Positions 1 through 13,085 of a stretch of DNA of 64,000 nucleotides are shown here, piece after piece (position 1 is the stretch's first letter; every line of letters begins with the position of its first letter). The translations under genes and the position numbers were made by a program. Source of the DNA: the human T2T-CHM13v2.0 reference genome, Homo sapiens. The notes below the pieces were generated by a model. The model searched no databases. It had not been told where the DNA came from and saw only the letters and a list, made by a program, of their open reading frames with translations. Location of the stretch: the NCBI RefSeq assembly GCF_009914755.1, contig NC_060934.1; one strand, 5' to 3'.

Positions 1-1526
1 CCTGGGGTCTGCATCCTGGGCTTGCTGACACCATCTGGGCCACTCTCTGTTTCCTGATCACTCTCCTCCCCTGCCTCAGAGATCTTCCTGCAGTCCTGAG
101 CACAGCATGTCCCAACAGATAGGATTCCTCTCTGCTGAGGGATGCTGCCCACAGTCCCACCAGCTCCCACCAGAGCCCACCCACCTCTGACGTCATCAGA
201 ATCCGGTCCAGATTATTTCTTATTTATCCCTACACTCCCTTCGAAGCTCCACTCTCTGTCGTCACTTCCTGCAGTCTCTCTAAAGACCAAATGATTCCCC
301 ACCCCGCCCCCGCTCCATCCCTTACCTGCAGCCTCAACTCAGAAAACCATCAGCATGTAGTACCCAAAGCCCTCACCAGGGGCCAGCCCACTGTACCCCC
401 CTGAGGCATTTCTTTGTGAATTGTCCATACACAGCACACTTGATCATTGTATAGAGAAGGATCCTGTGGCAGAGACGGAGCCGAGATACATGGTTAGCAA
501 TCAGCAACAAGGATGCCAGCCACTAGGTAAGGGCTCTGTCCTTTGCATGTCCTATCTCTTGTGTGGAGTGGCCAGGGTGTGTTATTTGAAAATTGTTGTA
601 AGGCAATTCTGAAATTTTTACGAAGTCAAGAAGCCAGAACCTCTTGGTGGTGTGTAATTCACAGTGAGGGAATTCATTATTTTTGGACAAGAATAATCTC
701 TGAAGATATAACTGGGTCCATAGGGAATGATCTTCCACTTCCTTACACTGACCCTTTACATTAATACTGGGGTCGTCTGCAATTGTCGGCTTGGGAAAAG
801 GACCCTGTATCCTTTTCCATGGACTTCTTCCCTGTTCTCATCGTCATGTGCCACTCTGCCTTCTGGTTTCACTTGTGCCTTGTTGCTTCCTCTCAGACAG
901 AAACCTCCCTCCACTTGTCTTCCTTCCAACTGGAGTGCCCTCGCGTCCTGACTTTCCCAGTGCAGTCTTGGTTTTTACCTGTTATTCCAGCATGATTATG
1001 AACAGAGCCTTCTTTCACTCTCAAAAAGGCCTAGTTTGGGTAATAACTCGTAGCGTCACAGTTTAAAGCTCATGTAACCGAGAGTTAAGTGTATATTGGA
1101 CTAGTGAATCAAGAAGCACATGCAGATAATTTTTCTTCTGCTGAATCAGCAAACTTCCCAGCCCCACTTCTCACAGGAAGCCAGGCGGCTTCTGTGGGGA
1201 CCCCATCCACCCACACGGCGCTCAGTAACCAGGGCTAAGCCCACACACTCAAGCCTAGAAATGCTCTTTTTAATGAAGCTAGGCCAAGTCAACTCACCAA
1301 TAAGAGAGAATCCTAATCCGTGTGACCAGTCAGCTCTGGTTCTCCCCAACATTTTGCACTTACACAGACGGGCAGTTTTGTAGCATGACTTCTGTTAGGC
1401 TACCGCTTATACACAGGACTTGAATTTTGTATTAACTTAACTGTACTGATTCTGCATTTCACATTGCTTCCTATACATTTTGCATGCTTTACCTTCAATA
1501 AAAACATGATTTGTTTAACAAATGGG

Positions 1527-3010
1527 TTTATTCAGTCATTTAACAAATATTAACTGTACTGAAACTGAACTCTTTCTAAATATTGGCAATACAATAATAA
1601 TGAATGAATAATGAATAAAGGGACAAACAGGGTCCCTTTTTATATAAGGCAAGTCTAGAAGAGAAATTTGGTTTAAATAAATAATCGTTAAACTCTAAAT
1701 GTGATAAGCACTACGGGAAAAACACAGAAAGCCGTGTAACCAGAAGTCTGACCTCAGTGTTGGTTGGAGAAGAGGTTAGAAAAAGACTCCGAAGGGGCTG
1801 AGGTTTAAATAGTGGATAGAAGTTAACCAGGAATAAGAGGAGGCTGAGGATGTCACAAAAGACAAAAGGAGCAGCCAATACAGAAACTGTGAGATGGGAA
1901 CCATGTTGGGACTCTAGAGAAATTGTACGAAGAGGGGAAAGTGACCCAGGTGATGGTGCAGCCTTTGCCAAAGAGTTTAAGTTTCATCCTAAGTGTAGAA
2001 GGGTTTTAAGTGGAGGAGTGATCATTGGATTTGCAGGTCTAAAAGGTCTCTGTGGCTGCTGGAGAGACGGACCAGCTGAGGAGAGCTCACGTGGACAGTC
2101 ACCATGTATGAGGCTCTGGGAGGCGCCAGGCAAGATGTGCTGGTGTCTTGGCATGCGTTGAGGCGGAGAGGATGGAAAACACAAGCAAATGAAAACGTGC
2201 TGTGGGGCAGGGGGAGGCAGCACTGAATCTTCACGCAGCCGTGCTGCCGGATAGAAGTGCGAGTCTGATCCTGGGTGGGCTCGTTGGGTGGCCCAGGGTG
2301 ACCCAGTGCTGAGAAGAGGATGCAGGAGAGAATGAGTCTGCAGTGAAGGGAGTGTGCTCGGTGGTGACTCCTTCAGCTGGAGGTGCCTGGGAGGCGTCCA
2401 AGCCACTGCGGATGAGCTGAGCTGCCCACGTATGAGTCTGGACCGTGCACATAGTGTGAATGGGGTCAGTGGCTTGTACTCTACTGAAGCCCTGGGCTTG
2501 GATGAGGTCACTGGGGGACCTTAGAGAGAAGAGAGGAAACAGGCCTGAGCACTTTCAAGGTCTAACGGCAGGGAGAGAAGAGAGATCCCGTAAACGACGG
2601 AGAGAAGTAGGAAAGAAATGGGAGAGAGAAGTCCCAAGGAAGGGTGAGCGGGGAAGGATGAGCTCTGGGCGTCCCCGCAGTCAGCAAGAGGGAAGGAGAG
2701 CCTCTCCCCAGGGACGTCTGGGTGCTAGAGGTGCACAGGGTGCTAGAGGTGCACAGATTAGAAAGGACAGAAGAGGCTGTGGGGTCCAGGGAAGGTTGTG
2801 TTGTTTTGTTTTAATGGATAGATGTGCGTGTTTGGGGAGATGGGTCTTTTAAATGGTAGGAAACAGAATATGTCTCAGGACTGACGGAAAGCATCCAGGA
2901 GATGGGAGAGAGTCATAAAATAGAACTGAGGAAAGAATGCTGTGCTCTTACTGAGGAACTAGGGAAGATGGGCTCCGGAGCCCTGCAGGAAGAGGTGCTC
3001 CCACCATGCA
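1527..3010 (-). mobile_element. L2 LINE fossil (3' portion), highly diverged
   Basis: TTATTCAGTCATTTAACAAATATT resembles the reverse-complemented L2 3' tail. Later L2-like blocks include GAGTTTAAGTTTCATCCTAAG...GGGTTTTAAG...GATTTGCAGG and TGAAGCCCTGGGCTTGGATGAGGTCAC. Boundaries approximate. Confidence 0.6.
2720..2756. repeat. Perfect 18-bp tandem duplication (GGGTGCTAGAGGTGCACA x2)
   Basis: Read directly: 2720-2737 equals 2738-2755. Confidence 0.95.
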
Positions 3011-4232
3011 TGCACGGTCGGAATCCTGCCCTGGGACTTTCTGCCCAGCAGGTGGTGGGGAGGAACCCGGTGCAGTGATGCTGACGCACTCCGTCAGACA
3101 CTGCGCATGGTCAGTGGTGGCTGTGTCAACGGCTGCGCAGCTCATGACGGCGCCGGGCTCTAACGGCCAGAACCTGTAGTTTGGGCGAGGGAATATTCTT
3201 TCCTTTACAGCCTGCCATCTTCCACGTCATCTGAATCTCCTCTGACTAAGGCAGGGAATGGGAGGGCTAACTATGGATAGTCAAGATACAAAGTGTTGTT
3301 CGTGTCAATAGTCTACTGACTCTTTAACCCTCTGTGTACTTCATCGTTATCTACTGAAAAAAAAAAAGTACTGATGTCTTTATCCTTGGAGAGGAGAGGT
3401 GTAATCGAGATGGAGAAGGTATTTTAGACAGTATTTTTCACTTGCTCTCAAACTTTGGGCTACTTTATACATATTTAGATGAATTTTACTACCAACCAAG
3501 TCTGCTGTTCTTATTACTACATGGTTATCTGCAGTGCACTGTGTAAAAACTTTTAAACAAATTATGGCATTTGATACAATAACTCAAAAAAAAAAAACCA
3601 TCCTAGGCTTGTCACTGCCCCTGGCCCTGGCCCCCCAGCTGAAGCCCACTGAAGCCCATGGGCTCAAATTTGCCTGCCACGAAAGCAGGATCAAGACTGA
3701 CTACAAATAAGCTGTCGTTGGCTCCTCCACACTTGAAAACTTACTTTTCCTCCACCCATTTCATCCCAATGTGATATATATTCATAACCACATGTAAATA
3801 AATAAATAAAGTGCCATGATTAGGAGAGCGGTTATATCAGATAAACACAGGGGAAATTATGTTACCAAAGGGACTATCAGTCACAGCAATTGGGCCATCG
3901 GATCAAGGCTCTGGGGAGGGCAGGAGGGATTCTTACTTTGCTGCAAGCATATGTGGATACAAAACAGTTCTTTGCTTCCAAGGATCTGTCACTGGCATTG
4001 CAGTGATACTAAACAAAAGTTATTATTTTCTTTCTTTCTGTTTGTTCCTTAGAAAACTATTTATACAAAATGTTTTCTCCATCCAAATGCAGTTTGGATA
4101 TTTACTGCTCATCTGCATCACAGCATAAGTCGCATTTCAATCAGTGAATGTAATGTGTCAAGATGTATATATTCTCTGTGTAAAACATTTTGTTGAAATG
4201 AACAAGGCTGTTTTAAAGAAAACAGCACATAG

Positions 4233-4568
<336 letters not shown>

Positions 4569-5759
4569 TAAATGTTTCTGCAAAAACATTTATTCTTTTG
4601 ATCCTATCAGTTGAGCTACAAAATATCTGAATCCTCTTTAACTAACACGTCATTTTGTTTTGTTGTCATACCGACTTACTTCCCCACCCCATCCCCGGGG
4701 ATGAGTTGGGTGGTTTGGGCTGTTTTTAGTTAACTAATAGAGCTTAGTGTAATGTCAATACAATGCAGTCCCCAAACTGATAGACTTTTATGTGCATATG
4801 ACTTTCCATTAAATAGAGAGAGTGACTTTGTAAAGAGTAAAATAAACCACAGCTCTGTCCAGGCAGAATTCATTTGACTGAGCACTCCTCTTGTCACATC
4901 ACCTTTACTCATCTCTTCTTGGAAATAAACACATTTACTGTGCACTATAACTAAACCAACATTTCACCCTCCCACGCGCATTCGCTTTTTAATTTAGAAG
5001 AGTCGTGAAAAACGTGAAGCAGCAGGATTTTGGCATGCTCTTCAGAATGCATATAAATAAATCTTTTCCAGCAAATCCTCAAGGGTTTTAGGCAAAACTT
5101 TGTGAATGCCAGAGCAGAAAGCTAAAAAACAATTTTGGGTTTGTTTGTTGAGCCAAAAAAGTGGACATCGTGTCCAAAGTATAATTTGAAGCATTATTTT
5201 TTGTATTAAAGAATTTAGTAATGTGTATTTCCAACTCCAAGAATTTGTCTGCAGAGTTTCCCAGGCATGTATTGCTTCTCCAACTTTTTAACTCTTAACA
5301 GAGAAAGCCAAACAGGATGGGCTCTAGGAAGTATCAGTGTTTCCATGGGAGCCTCTTTGACTAAATAAGTGGATCATGCATCCAAGTACATTCAGTTATT
5401 CTCTGAAGAGAATCAAAATCACAAAAACAAGTACCATGGGCACCCTCTTATCTTTTCCTAAAATCCTCATGACCTGTTTCTTCCTGTTAACTGGAATACG
5501 CATCACTCTGTGACCCATAATACATGCTTGATGAATATTTGTTAAATTAAAAAATATGTAAAAGCCAGAGAAAACAAATTGTGCTTGCCATTTGTAACTA
5601 GTCCATTTTTCCTGTTTGTTGAAATAAATACATACATTTTGTTAAAAGAATGTTTAAATGTGAAAAGGAAAAAATAAAGATAAAAACAGGAAACAGGACC
5701 CTGGAGTATCCCTGTAGCCCCTAAGAGGCACTTTTCTTCCATTCTCCGTGGTTTACCTA

Positions 5760-5935
5760 AACCTCCTTTCTACCTCTCATATTTTCTAAGCAGCATCACT
5801 ATTTCCTCTTATGAAGTCTGATCTTCCCACACAGAGGGGACACCTTTTGTCAGATTCATCTCCACTGCCAAGTACAAGGTACCCAGTACAATGGCTACAC
5901 CTGGAAGGCACTCAGCAAATGTCTGCCGAGAAAAT
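5760..5935 (+). mobile_element. L2 3'-end fragment
   Basis: ...GGCTACACCTGGAAGGCACTCAGCAAATGTCTG resembles the L2 terminus (GGCACATAGTAGGCGCTCAATAAATATTTG). Confidence 0.45.
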
Positions 5936-6479
5936 AATCTCATTATTCTAATTTTCTGCATGTACTAGCTAACACTGTAGGTAGAAACTCACAAATATGC
6001 CCAACAAATGCATTTAAACTCCTCCCTTCGGGGCTTCTGGAAGGACAGAGGCATTTATACAAATACTTTCAAGTCATTGATGTTTTTTCTAAACACCATG
6101 AAAGATTTCCATAACGTATTTGTGTAATGTACATCGTTCATATTTGTCCACTTAGGTCTTTATTTGAACATCTGGTTTTCTGCTGCAAGCCTCCCTGTGG
6201 CTGGATAGAAGCCACTTTGAAGCCTGGAAGCAATGCCTGAGGTTCTCTAATTACCTATTTTCCCCTCAAATAGAAATAAAATTGACTGTAAGAAAATTTG
6301 GCAATGATTCATTTTGTGGACTGCTCTGATAATTTATTGTAGCCCAATTTCATCAGTCCTATTGAACTTATATCAAAGAAAGTTTTGATGTGTTAAAGAG
6401 AAATCCATCACACAACAAACTGGCTTCATTTCAGGTTCATTGCTGTTAGGTAGAATCTTCATCACAGATGGTAGGAGCC

Positions 6480-6970
6480 AGCATCATCTGGTCCCTGAAT
6501 CACCACCCCTCTTTCACCCTTTCCCATCCCCACCTTGCTCTCTGTACTACAGCTGCAACAGTACACAGTCAGCAACTTCAGCCTGCCATGGTCTCTCACA
6601 CCACAGAACATCTCACACTCCCTTCTCTGTCTAAATACTCCCCTCTACCAAACATTACCTACTGTAACCTACAATGACTTTAGATCTCAACTCAAGGGCT
6701 TCTGGTTCTAACAAACTATTCCTTCACTTGCTCAAGGTCAAGTTCATCAGTTATACATTCTTGTAGAATTACTTATTTCCATGGTCTCCCAGAACCTTTT
6801 TTTTTTTTTTAGCTTATAATCATGCATATGTTACTGTGACTATTTGACTAATGTCTATCAACAACAACAGTCTTGTGGCTTCGTGGAATCAGGAGCTGTG
6901 CCTGTTTTTGTCCACAAAGGAGACACTTTTATTTTTTTAATTAATACATGATAAAGAAATGAGTGAATGG
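6480..6970 (+). mobile_element. L2 3' region fragment
   Basis: Pyrimidine-rich L2-like body; ends ...GTGCCTGTTTTTGTCCAC...AAATGAGTGAATGGA like an L2 tail. Confidence 0.55.
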
Positions 6971-7215
6971 ACAACCAATATACCAATGAGACAAACCGAC
7001 TTTGTCTTCTAGAAGGCTCATTTTCTCACTTATCCCAATAAATTTCATATGTTCTCTTTTCTCCTCAATCTTCTTACATTTGTTCCCTCTACCCTCTCCC
7101 TCCTATGATGACCTCACCACATTCTTCATGGAGAATACAGAAGCCAAACCCATACTCTGTCATGTTCCCACCACCAAACCTGTAAACAAAAATACATTTA
7201 CTCCTACCTTTTCCT

Positions 7216-9265
7216 GAAAACAGAAAATATGGCAAAATGACAGACCTAAATCCAGCCACACAACAGTTACATTAAATGTAAATGGCCTAAAAACCCAACT
7301 GAAAAGTAGATACTGTAAGACTGGGGGGCAGGGTGGGGCGGGGAGAAGCACTCAAATATATTATGTCTAAAATAGATGCATTATAAAGGTGCAAATAGTT
7401 GAAAATAAAAATGTAAAAACACATTCCAAAAATGTAAAATTAAAATATAATTCTGAATAAAAGTGCTGAAAATAAAAATGTAAAAACATTCCACATTTAC
7501 ATTTTCAAATAGAAAACATTAAAAGGATGAACTAACTAGGTCAGGTAAAATATCTTTTACTGTATGTTATGTTTAAAAGGCAAAATAGACTTTAAGGAAA
7601 GTAGTATCACCAAGAGACATAAAAGAACATTTCATAATGATAAAAGGTCACTGTATTATGAAGGTAATGCAATTATAAATGTGTACACTTCCAAAGACAG
7701 CACTAAAAATACATTAAACAAAAAAATGACAAAAAAGGGAGAAATAGGTAAATCAACAGTCTCCTCTCAGAGATTTATAGAACAATCATACAAAACACTA
7801 GTAAGTAAATAGGTCTCATAAATTGTAGATCGACAATTATAAAACAGTATATTCAATAGCCACATACTCTTTTCAACCATATAGAGAATGTTCAAAATAT
7901 ACCACATACTTGAGTACAAACAGTCTCAGTAAATATGAAGAGATTAAAATCCTACATAGTATTTTTTAACCACAATACATTTGAAATATAGAGCAAGAAG
8001 ATATCTTTTAAACACAGCAAATATGTGAAAATTTGAGAAAGATATCAAAGGGGAAATTGGAAAACATTTCAAATTAAATGATAACAAAAATATAAAGTAT
8101 AAGTTTGTGGCTTATAGCCAAAGCAGTCATAAGAGGAGAATGTATAGCTTTGAATACTGATGCTAGAAAGAGGGAGAAGGGGAATCTAAGATCAGAAATC
8201 TATGTTTCCATGTGAAAAAGCTAAAACAAAGTCAAGTAACATAACATTAAAGCAAGTTGAAAGAAGAAAATTCTAAAGGTGATAGTAAAAATCAATAACA
8301 TGGGAAACAAAAAACAATAGAATTCAAAAACTGGTTCTTTGAAGACATTAATAAAATTGATAAAACCATCATAAGATTATCATGGGAAAAAAGGAGAGAA
8401 AACAACTTACTCATACTAAAAATATAATAAAAACATGAAAAAATCCTAAGACATTAAAGGAATAATAAGGAAATGACATAAACAATTTTTTGCCTATGCC
8501 AAAACTGACATTAGATGGAAGATAAATCCTGTAGAGCCTAGTCCAATCAAAGAAATGGAATGTATGCTAGTAAAACTCCCTGAAAAGAAAATGAGACAAA
8601 GGCATCACAATCAGAGTAAATTATGGACCTATATCCCTCATTCATAAAGATGTTAAAAAGTTTAATAAAATTTTAGCAACTTGAATATAATAGCACATAA
8701 ATGAGTAATACAGTATGGCCTAATGGAGCTTATCCAAAAAAAAGGGAAGGTTGGGTTAACATTTAGAAAGCAATCAAATGTAATTTACCGTACTAACAGA
8801 CTAACAAATAAAAATTATGATTATCTGAAGGATGTGGAACAGAATCCAACCTATACTGTTGATTAAAAACTCTTAGCAAACAAAGAGTTAAAGGGAACTT
8901 CCTTCATCTGAGGATGGACATCTATATTATACCTAAATATAATTGTACTTACTGCTGAAAGACTAAATATTTTCCTGCTAAGATCAGGAATGACAAGAAT
9001 ATTCACTCTTATCAATTCTATTCAGTGCTGTATAGGATTTTCTAACCACTGATATCAAGAAAAAAAAGAAATTAAAGGCATACAGATTGGAAAGGAAGAA
9101 ATAAAACTGTGTTTACTAAGAGATGACAATCTTTTATGTAAGAAATCCTGTAAAATATACCAATTAAATAAGGATACTAGAATGAATAATTCTGTTTAGC
9201 AAAATTTCAATATACAAAAATCAATAAAAGAAAATCAGCTTTATTCTATATACTAATGACAGATG
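7216..9265 (+). mobile_element. Old L1 (L1M) ORF2 5' part (endonuclease into RT region), disrupted
   Basis: TTACATTAAATGTAAATGGCCTAAA encodes the L1 endonuclease start motif TLNVNGL. ORF 7564-7812 contains KIDFK...IINVY, resembling L1 EN. A-rich sense strand with many stops and frameshifts. Confidence 0.85.
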
Positions 9266-9270
9266 ATTAT

Positions 9271-10117
9271 AAATTGGGCAAAAGATTTTAACAGACACTT
9301 CACCAAAGAAGATATATGGGTAGCAGTTAAACACATTAAAAGATGCTTATTATCACTTGGCATTAGGTAAGTGTAGCAATGACTTGCTGTTACACACCTG
9401 TTACAGTGGCTAAAAGACTGTGCATATCCAATGTTGGCCAAGTTGTAGAGCAACTGGTTTCTCCTATGCCTCTGGTGGAAATGTACAATGGTGCAATCAC
9501 TAGAAAAGTTTGTCAAGTTCTTAAAAAGATAAGCAAACACATCCTATGACCCAGTCATGACATTCTTAAAAGTTTACCCAAAAGGAATGAAAATGTATGC
9601 CCACACAAAGATTTTCAAACAAATGTTTATATCAGCTTTATTTGTGATCACCAAACACTGGAAACATCCAAATGTCCAAATGTCTAGCAACCAGTGAATG
9701 GATAAATAAACTGTAGTGTATCCATACCATGGTATTACTCAGCCACTTAAAGGAATAAACTATTCTACACATAATGATTTGGATACATTTCAAAATAGTT
9801 ATGCTATTTGAGAGAGGCCAGACCAAAAAATAAAAATAAAAAAAGAATATATATGCACATACATGATTCCATGTATGTAAAATTTTAGGAAATGTAAACT
9901 AATATGTAGTGACAGAAAGCAGGTCAGTGGTTGCTGGAGGCGGTAAGGGGTGGAAGATAGGATCACCAAGGGGCACAATGGAACGCTTGCCAGTGATGGG
10001 AGCATTCATTGTCATGATGTGATGGCAGTTTCACAGGTATGACACTCATATACATATGTCAAATTCTTCTAATTCCAACATATACAGTTTGTTGTATATC
10101 AGTTATACCTCCATAAG
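9271..10117 (+). mobile_element. L1M ORF2 C-terminus plus 3' UTR fragment
   Basis: GGGCAAAAGATTTTAACAGACACTTCACCAAAGAAGATATA ... GAATGGATAAATAAACTGTAG ... ends TCAGTTATACCTCCATAAG, a typical L1M 3' end. Confidence 0.85.
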
Positions 10118-10129
10118 ATTTTCTTTTAA

Positions 10130-12430
10130 GCAATTACTATCTCTGTATTTTAGCAGTAACAATGAGACACTGAAATTTAAAAATACAACTCCACTTACAG
10201 TAACTTCAAAAACATATCATATTTAGGAGTCCACTTAACAAAAGGCATGAAGAACCTCTATAGTTAAAATAAAAAATGTTGCTGTGAGAAATTTTTTAAA
10301 GACTCCAATAATTAGAAAGATATATCAGGTTTATGGATTAGAACAGTGGTCCCCAACCTTTTTGGTACCTGGGACTGGATTCATGGAAGACAGTTCTTCC
10401 ACACACTGGGGTCAGGGGTATGGTTTGGGGATGATTCAAGTGCATTACGTTTATTGTGCACTTTATTTATATTATTATTGTATTGTAATATACAATGAAA
10501 TAATTATGCAACTCGTCATAATGTAGAATCAGTGGGAGCCCTGAGCTTCTTTTCCTGCAACTAGATGATCCCACCTGGGGGTGATGAGAGTCAGTAAAAG
10601 ATCATCGGGCATTAGATTGTCATAAGGAGCATGCAACCTAGATCCCTCGCATGTGCAGTTCACAAGACGGTTCACTTCTGTGAGAATCTAATACTACCCT
10701 GATCTGACAGGAGGCGGAGCTCAGATGGTAATACAAGCAATGGGGAGTGGTTGTAGATACAGATGAAGCTTTGCTCACTCACCCCCAGCTTACCTCCTGC
10801 TGTTTGGCTGGTTCCTAACAGGTCATGGACTAGTACTGGTCTGTGGCCTAGGAGTTTGCAGACCCCTGGATTAGAAGGCTTTATATTATTAAGACATGTA
10901 TTCTCTGCAAATTCATTTATAGATTCAATGCGATCCTATTCATGTGCCTCATATTCTTTCCTGTAGAAATTGACAAGCTGATTCTAAAATTTGTATGAAA
11001 ATGCAAAGGGCCTAAAAAAGCCAAAACAATGATGTTGAAAAAGCAAAAATAAGCTGAGGACTTCACTACCTGAGTTTAAGACTCAGTTTAAGACTGTAAA
11101 TCATATTAACTGAGACAGTGCAGAATTGTTACGGGGCAGACAAACAGATCAAGGGACTAGAAAATAGAAATAGACCAACAGTTTCTATGATCAAGTGATT
11201 TTTAACATAGGCACCAAAAGGAACATTAAATTCAGCAATAATACTGATACTGAAAGGGAATAAAATTATCTTTACTCCCTACTAAAAACTATACCAAAAA
11301 CATCATTTCAAGATGAATCATAGGCCTATTTGTGGAAGCCAAATCTATAAAGCTTTTAGAAGGGACTATAAAAGAATATTGTTGAAACTTAGAAGCAGGC
11401 AAAAATTTATTAGACAGAAAAGGCAATAGCCATAAATTTAAAAATGATAAATTAGACTTATCTAAATTAAAAACTGATGCTCTTCAAAGGCATCATTATA
11501 ATTAGGCAAACCCCAAGTATTTGGCAAAACGTATATCAGACTCAAATCCAAAATGCGTAATGACTCATGCAACTCAATAATAGAAAGACAAACAACCCAA
11601 CAAAATGTAAATGTAGGCAAAATGATGGAACAGACATTTCACAAAAGAAGCGATATGAATGATCAAAAACAACACAAACTAGTGTGTTTATCATCAGTTG
11701 CCAGGGAGTTACAAATCAATGACCACAATGTGATATCATGTCAGGCTGCTAGAATGGTGAAAATGGATAAGACTGATAAAACCAAATGTTGGCAAGGAAA
11801 GGGAGCAACATGAACTCTTGTCTGTCTCTGCACAAAAATATAAAATGGTACAACCACTTTAGAAAAAGTGGCAGTTTCCGATAAAGTTCACCATTTACAT
11901 ATCCTAAGTGTTTATCCATGAGAAATTTATTTAAATAAATGTTACAAATATCCACATTACCCAAATAAATATTTTGTTGGGGAAAGGAATTTATGGAAAG
12001 GTGCTTGAGTATTCACGGCAACTTTATTCACAATGAATGAAAGCTGGAAACACCCATTGTCTATCACCGAGAGAATCGACAATCTGTGGTATAGAATACT
12101 GAGAAACAGTAGACAAAAATGAGCTACTGAACCCTGTGATGTGGATAAATCTCACAGATACACTACTGAGTGAGTAAAGCCAGACACGAAAGCACACACA
12201 CTATGTGATACCATTTACGGCAAGTTCTAGAACAGGCAAAACGAATCCAAGATGGAAGCCAAAAGGGTGGTGACTTGGGCAGGGATGGGGGTGGTGCAGG
12301 AATTCACTGGGAGGGAAGAGACTGAAATATTCAATATTGCATCAGGTGATGACACAGATGGATAAATCTGTCACAACTGTACAGTTAAAATGTGTGCATT
12401 TCAATGTGTGTAAGTGTCACTTTAAAAAGA
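10130..12430 (+). mobile_element. L1M ORF2 3' half plus 3' UTR, interrupted by MER1A
   Basis: GTAGAAATTGACAAGCTGATTCTAAAATTTGTATGAAAATGCAAAGGGCC and other L1M ORF2 landmarks. Removing MER1A restores ATGGATTAGAAG (WI-R motif). Confidence 0.85.
10344..10868 (+). mobile_element. MER1A (hAT-Charlie non-autonomous DNA transposon), full length
   Basis: Termini CAGTGGTCCCCAACC...GCAGACCCCTG, 525 bp long. Perfect 8-bp TSD GATTAGAA at 10336-10343 and 10869-10876. Confidence 0.93.
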
Positions 12431-12479
12431 GCTGTAAATAATGATAACTGTGGAGTGAGGCAGGCAGTAACCAGAGGTA

Positions 12480-12605
12480 TGAGGGGGACAAGAATGGCAG
12501 AAGGCTCGTCATTGCTGAAGCTGAGAGATGGTGTGTCAAGGTCCATGTCACCATTCTGCTTGCTTTGTATGTGTTTGAAATTTTCCATGGTAAAATATTT
12601 GTAAA
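12480..12605 (+). mobile_element. L1MC/L1ME 3'-terminal fragment
   Basis: TGCTGAAGCTGAGAGATGG...TTTGTATGTGTTTGAAATTTTCCATGGTAAAA matches old L1 3' ends. Confidence 0.6.
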
Positions 12606-12939
12606 TCATTTGATTACACACATTGAGAATGAAAACATTTTTAATTAAAACAAAGGAAAAAGAAAAGTAAAATAATTAATCAAAACAATTTGAATTGGCT
12701 TATACCTTCCAGTGATAAGTGATACAAATGGCAAAAGTATTTAAAACTTTTAAATCCAGTTTATAATTCAGCAAAACGTTTCTCAGACCTGATCATCACA
12801 GCATCCACAGCCATGCATAGATACTGTATGCACTTCACGGTATACAGCATCCTGATACATAAGTGGAGTCGAGCCTACTGCACAAGTCTGAGCATCATGT
12901 GGCCTAATGTGGGGAAGGTGGGGAAAGGGTTGGAGGCTT

Positions 12940-13085
12940 AGGCTTTGCCTCTGCTGCTTGGTGTTGGGCAAGTCAGTTATGCCAACTTCCCTCATCTGTA
13001 GAATGAGAAAAATATCAGAGTGCCTACCACACACAATTCCTGTGAAAATTAAGCACATAAAGCAATTGCACGTATTACATGAATT
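12940..13085 (+). mobile_element. MIR SINE
   Basis: Core TTGGGCAAGTCA...TTCCCTCATCTGTAGAATGAG. Confidence 0.75.

Noticed and set aside
1850-2852. Cluster of 100-175-aa ORFs
   Set aside because: They lie in a GC-richer decayed L2, overlap on both strands and show no recognisable domain.
7564-7812. ORF with similarity to L1 endonuclease
   Set aside because: A short, frameshifted relic of a dead L1. No intact ORF1 or ORF2 exists in the window.
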